A stretch of DNA of 63,483 nucleotides, counting the filler, from Pirum gemmata (lineage: Eukaryota): the NCBI GenBank assembly GCA_002812295.1. It is 9 parts of 9 records of this genome, joined end to end, with 100 filler letters (N's around TTAATTAATTAA, not from the genome) between each part and the next. Parts side by side here need not be neighbours in the genome. Positions count along the whole stretch, not along the records: positions 55,908 to 63,483 come from PDIN01000209.1; 8 more parts are not named here. One strand, given 5' to 3'. Below, one piece after another: positions 62,825 to 63,483 of this stretch (its first letter is position 1; every line of letters begins with the position of its first letter). A program made the position numbers and the translations under genes. The notes beneath the pieces are model-generated. The model saw only the letters and a list, made by a program, of their open reading frames with translations. It did no database searches and was not told the origin of the DNA.

Positions 62825-63483
62825 ATCACACATTTAAACGGTTTTTCCCCGGTGTGCGTCCGTTCATGCATGGTTAAACTACTCGAAATTGCAAAAGACT
62901 TTTTACAAATCACACATTTAAACGGTTTTTCCCAGGTGTGCGTCCGTTCATGCATGGTTAAATGACCCATACGTGCAAAAGACTTTTTACAAATCACACA
63001 TTTAAACGGTTTTTCCCCGGTGTGCGTCCGTTTATGGTTGGTTAAATTACTCGAACTTGCAAAAGACTTTTTACAAATCACACATTTAAACGATTTTTCC
63101 CCGGTGTGTTTTGAAAACATACAAAACTTACAAGCTCGAATACCATCGTAAAATTTCATACTAGATATACAAATACTACCACATGGGCAAAATTTGCTAA
63201 AATTTCGAATTATATAAGCAATAAACACACCTTTATCTTGAGTATTTAGTTGAATCTTGGTAGTTTTCTTGCCGATTTTTTTAAAATTTTCGATAAATGA
63301 ATCAAGCTCTTCGAGTCTTTTTGTCGATTCGATTGGAATGCTAACATTTTGGTTATTTATAAACTCTCGATATCTTTCTACGTTATTAATAATAAATTTT
63401 ATTAGTTTTTCAACATGTTTGTAATCCATACTTTTGACCGTTTCGAGATAATTTTCGGATTTCGAAAACTCACCGCTACGATT
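62825..63483 (-). CDS. Paralog of the 60558 zinc-finger gene, partial at both ends, with a homogeneous 84-bp finger array
   Basis: N-terminal domain nearly identical to the 60558 protein; 63421-63483 is the reverse complement of about 60687-60749, so the gene continues past the window. Fingers [11 protein letters not shown]... x3 plus a fourth cut at N62824. Confidence 0.88.

Overview
This is very AT-rich, microsatellite-rich eukaryotic DNA with GT-AG introns and TTAGGG telomere-type repeats. It is not one locus: nine ~7-kb contigs are joined by eight artificial 100-bp spacers (N44-TTAATTAATTAA-N44), so adjacency across a spacer means nothing. Contigs 1-8 are host-like. They hold a spliced TrhO/YceA/TSTD2-type rhodanese gene, a single-finger C2H2 protein, RI-type LRR gene remnants, L1/Tx1 LINE remnants and several MITE families with clear target-site duplications. 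They also hold four intronless secreted-protein genes: an AA17-like LPMO with a beta/gamma-crystallin-like tail, a protein whose 10-residue periodicity and mirrored cysteines predict a ~130-residue-per-arm beta-hairpin, a toxin-like precursor, and a two-domain 6-Cys protein. Contig 9 (55908-63483) is different: gene-dense, intronless, without the host MITEs, and resembling giant-virus DNA. It carries an IS607 element whose TnpA gene is almost entirely overlapped, in another frame, by a Fanzor2/TnpB-type ORF that is cut by the contig edge. The element appears to have inserted at a GG inside a C2H2 gene. The contig also has a zinc-finger family with a conserved N-terminal domain and swappable finger arrays, short tandem arrays upstream of genes whose substitutions fall at CpG, and a 47-bp piece of tnpA captured as the 3' end of a membrane-protein gene. 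All family calls come from motif recognition by eye; no searches were run.
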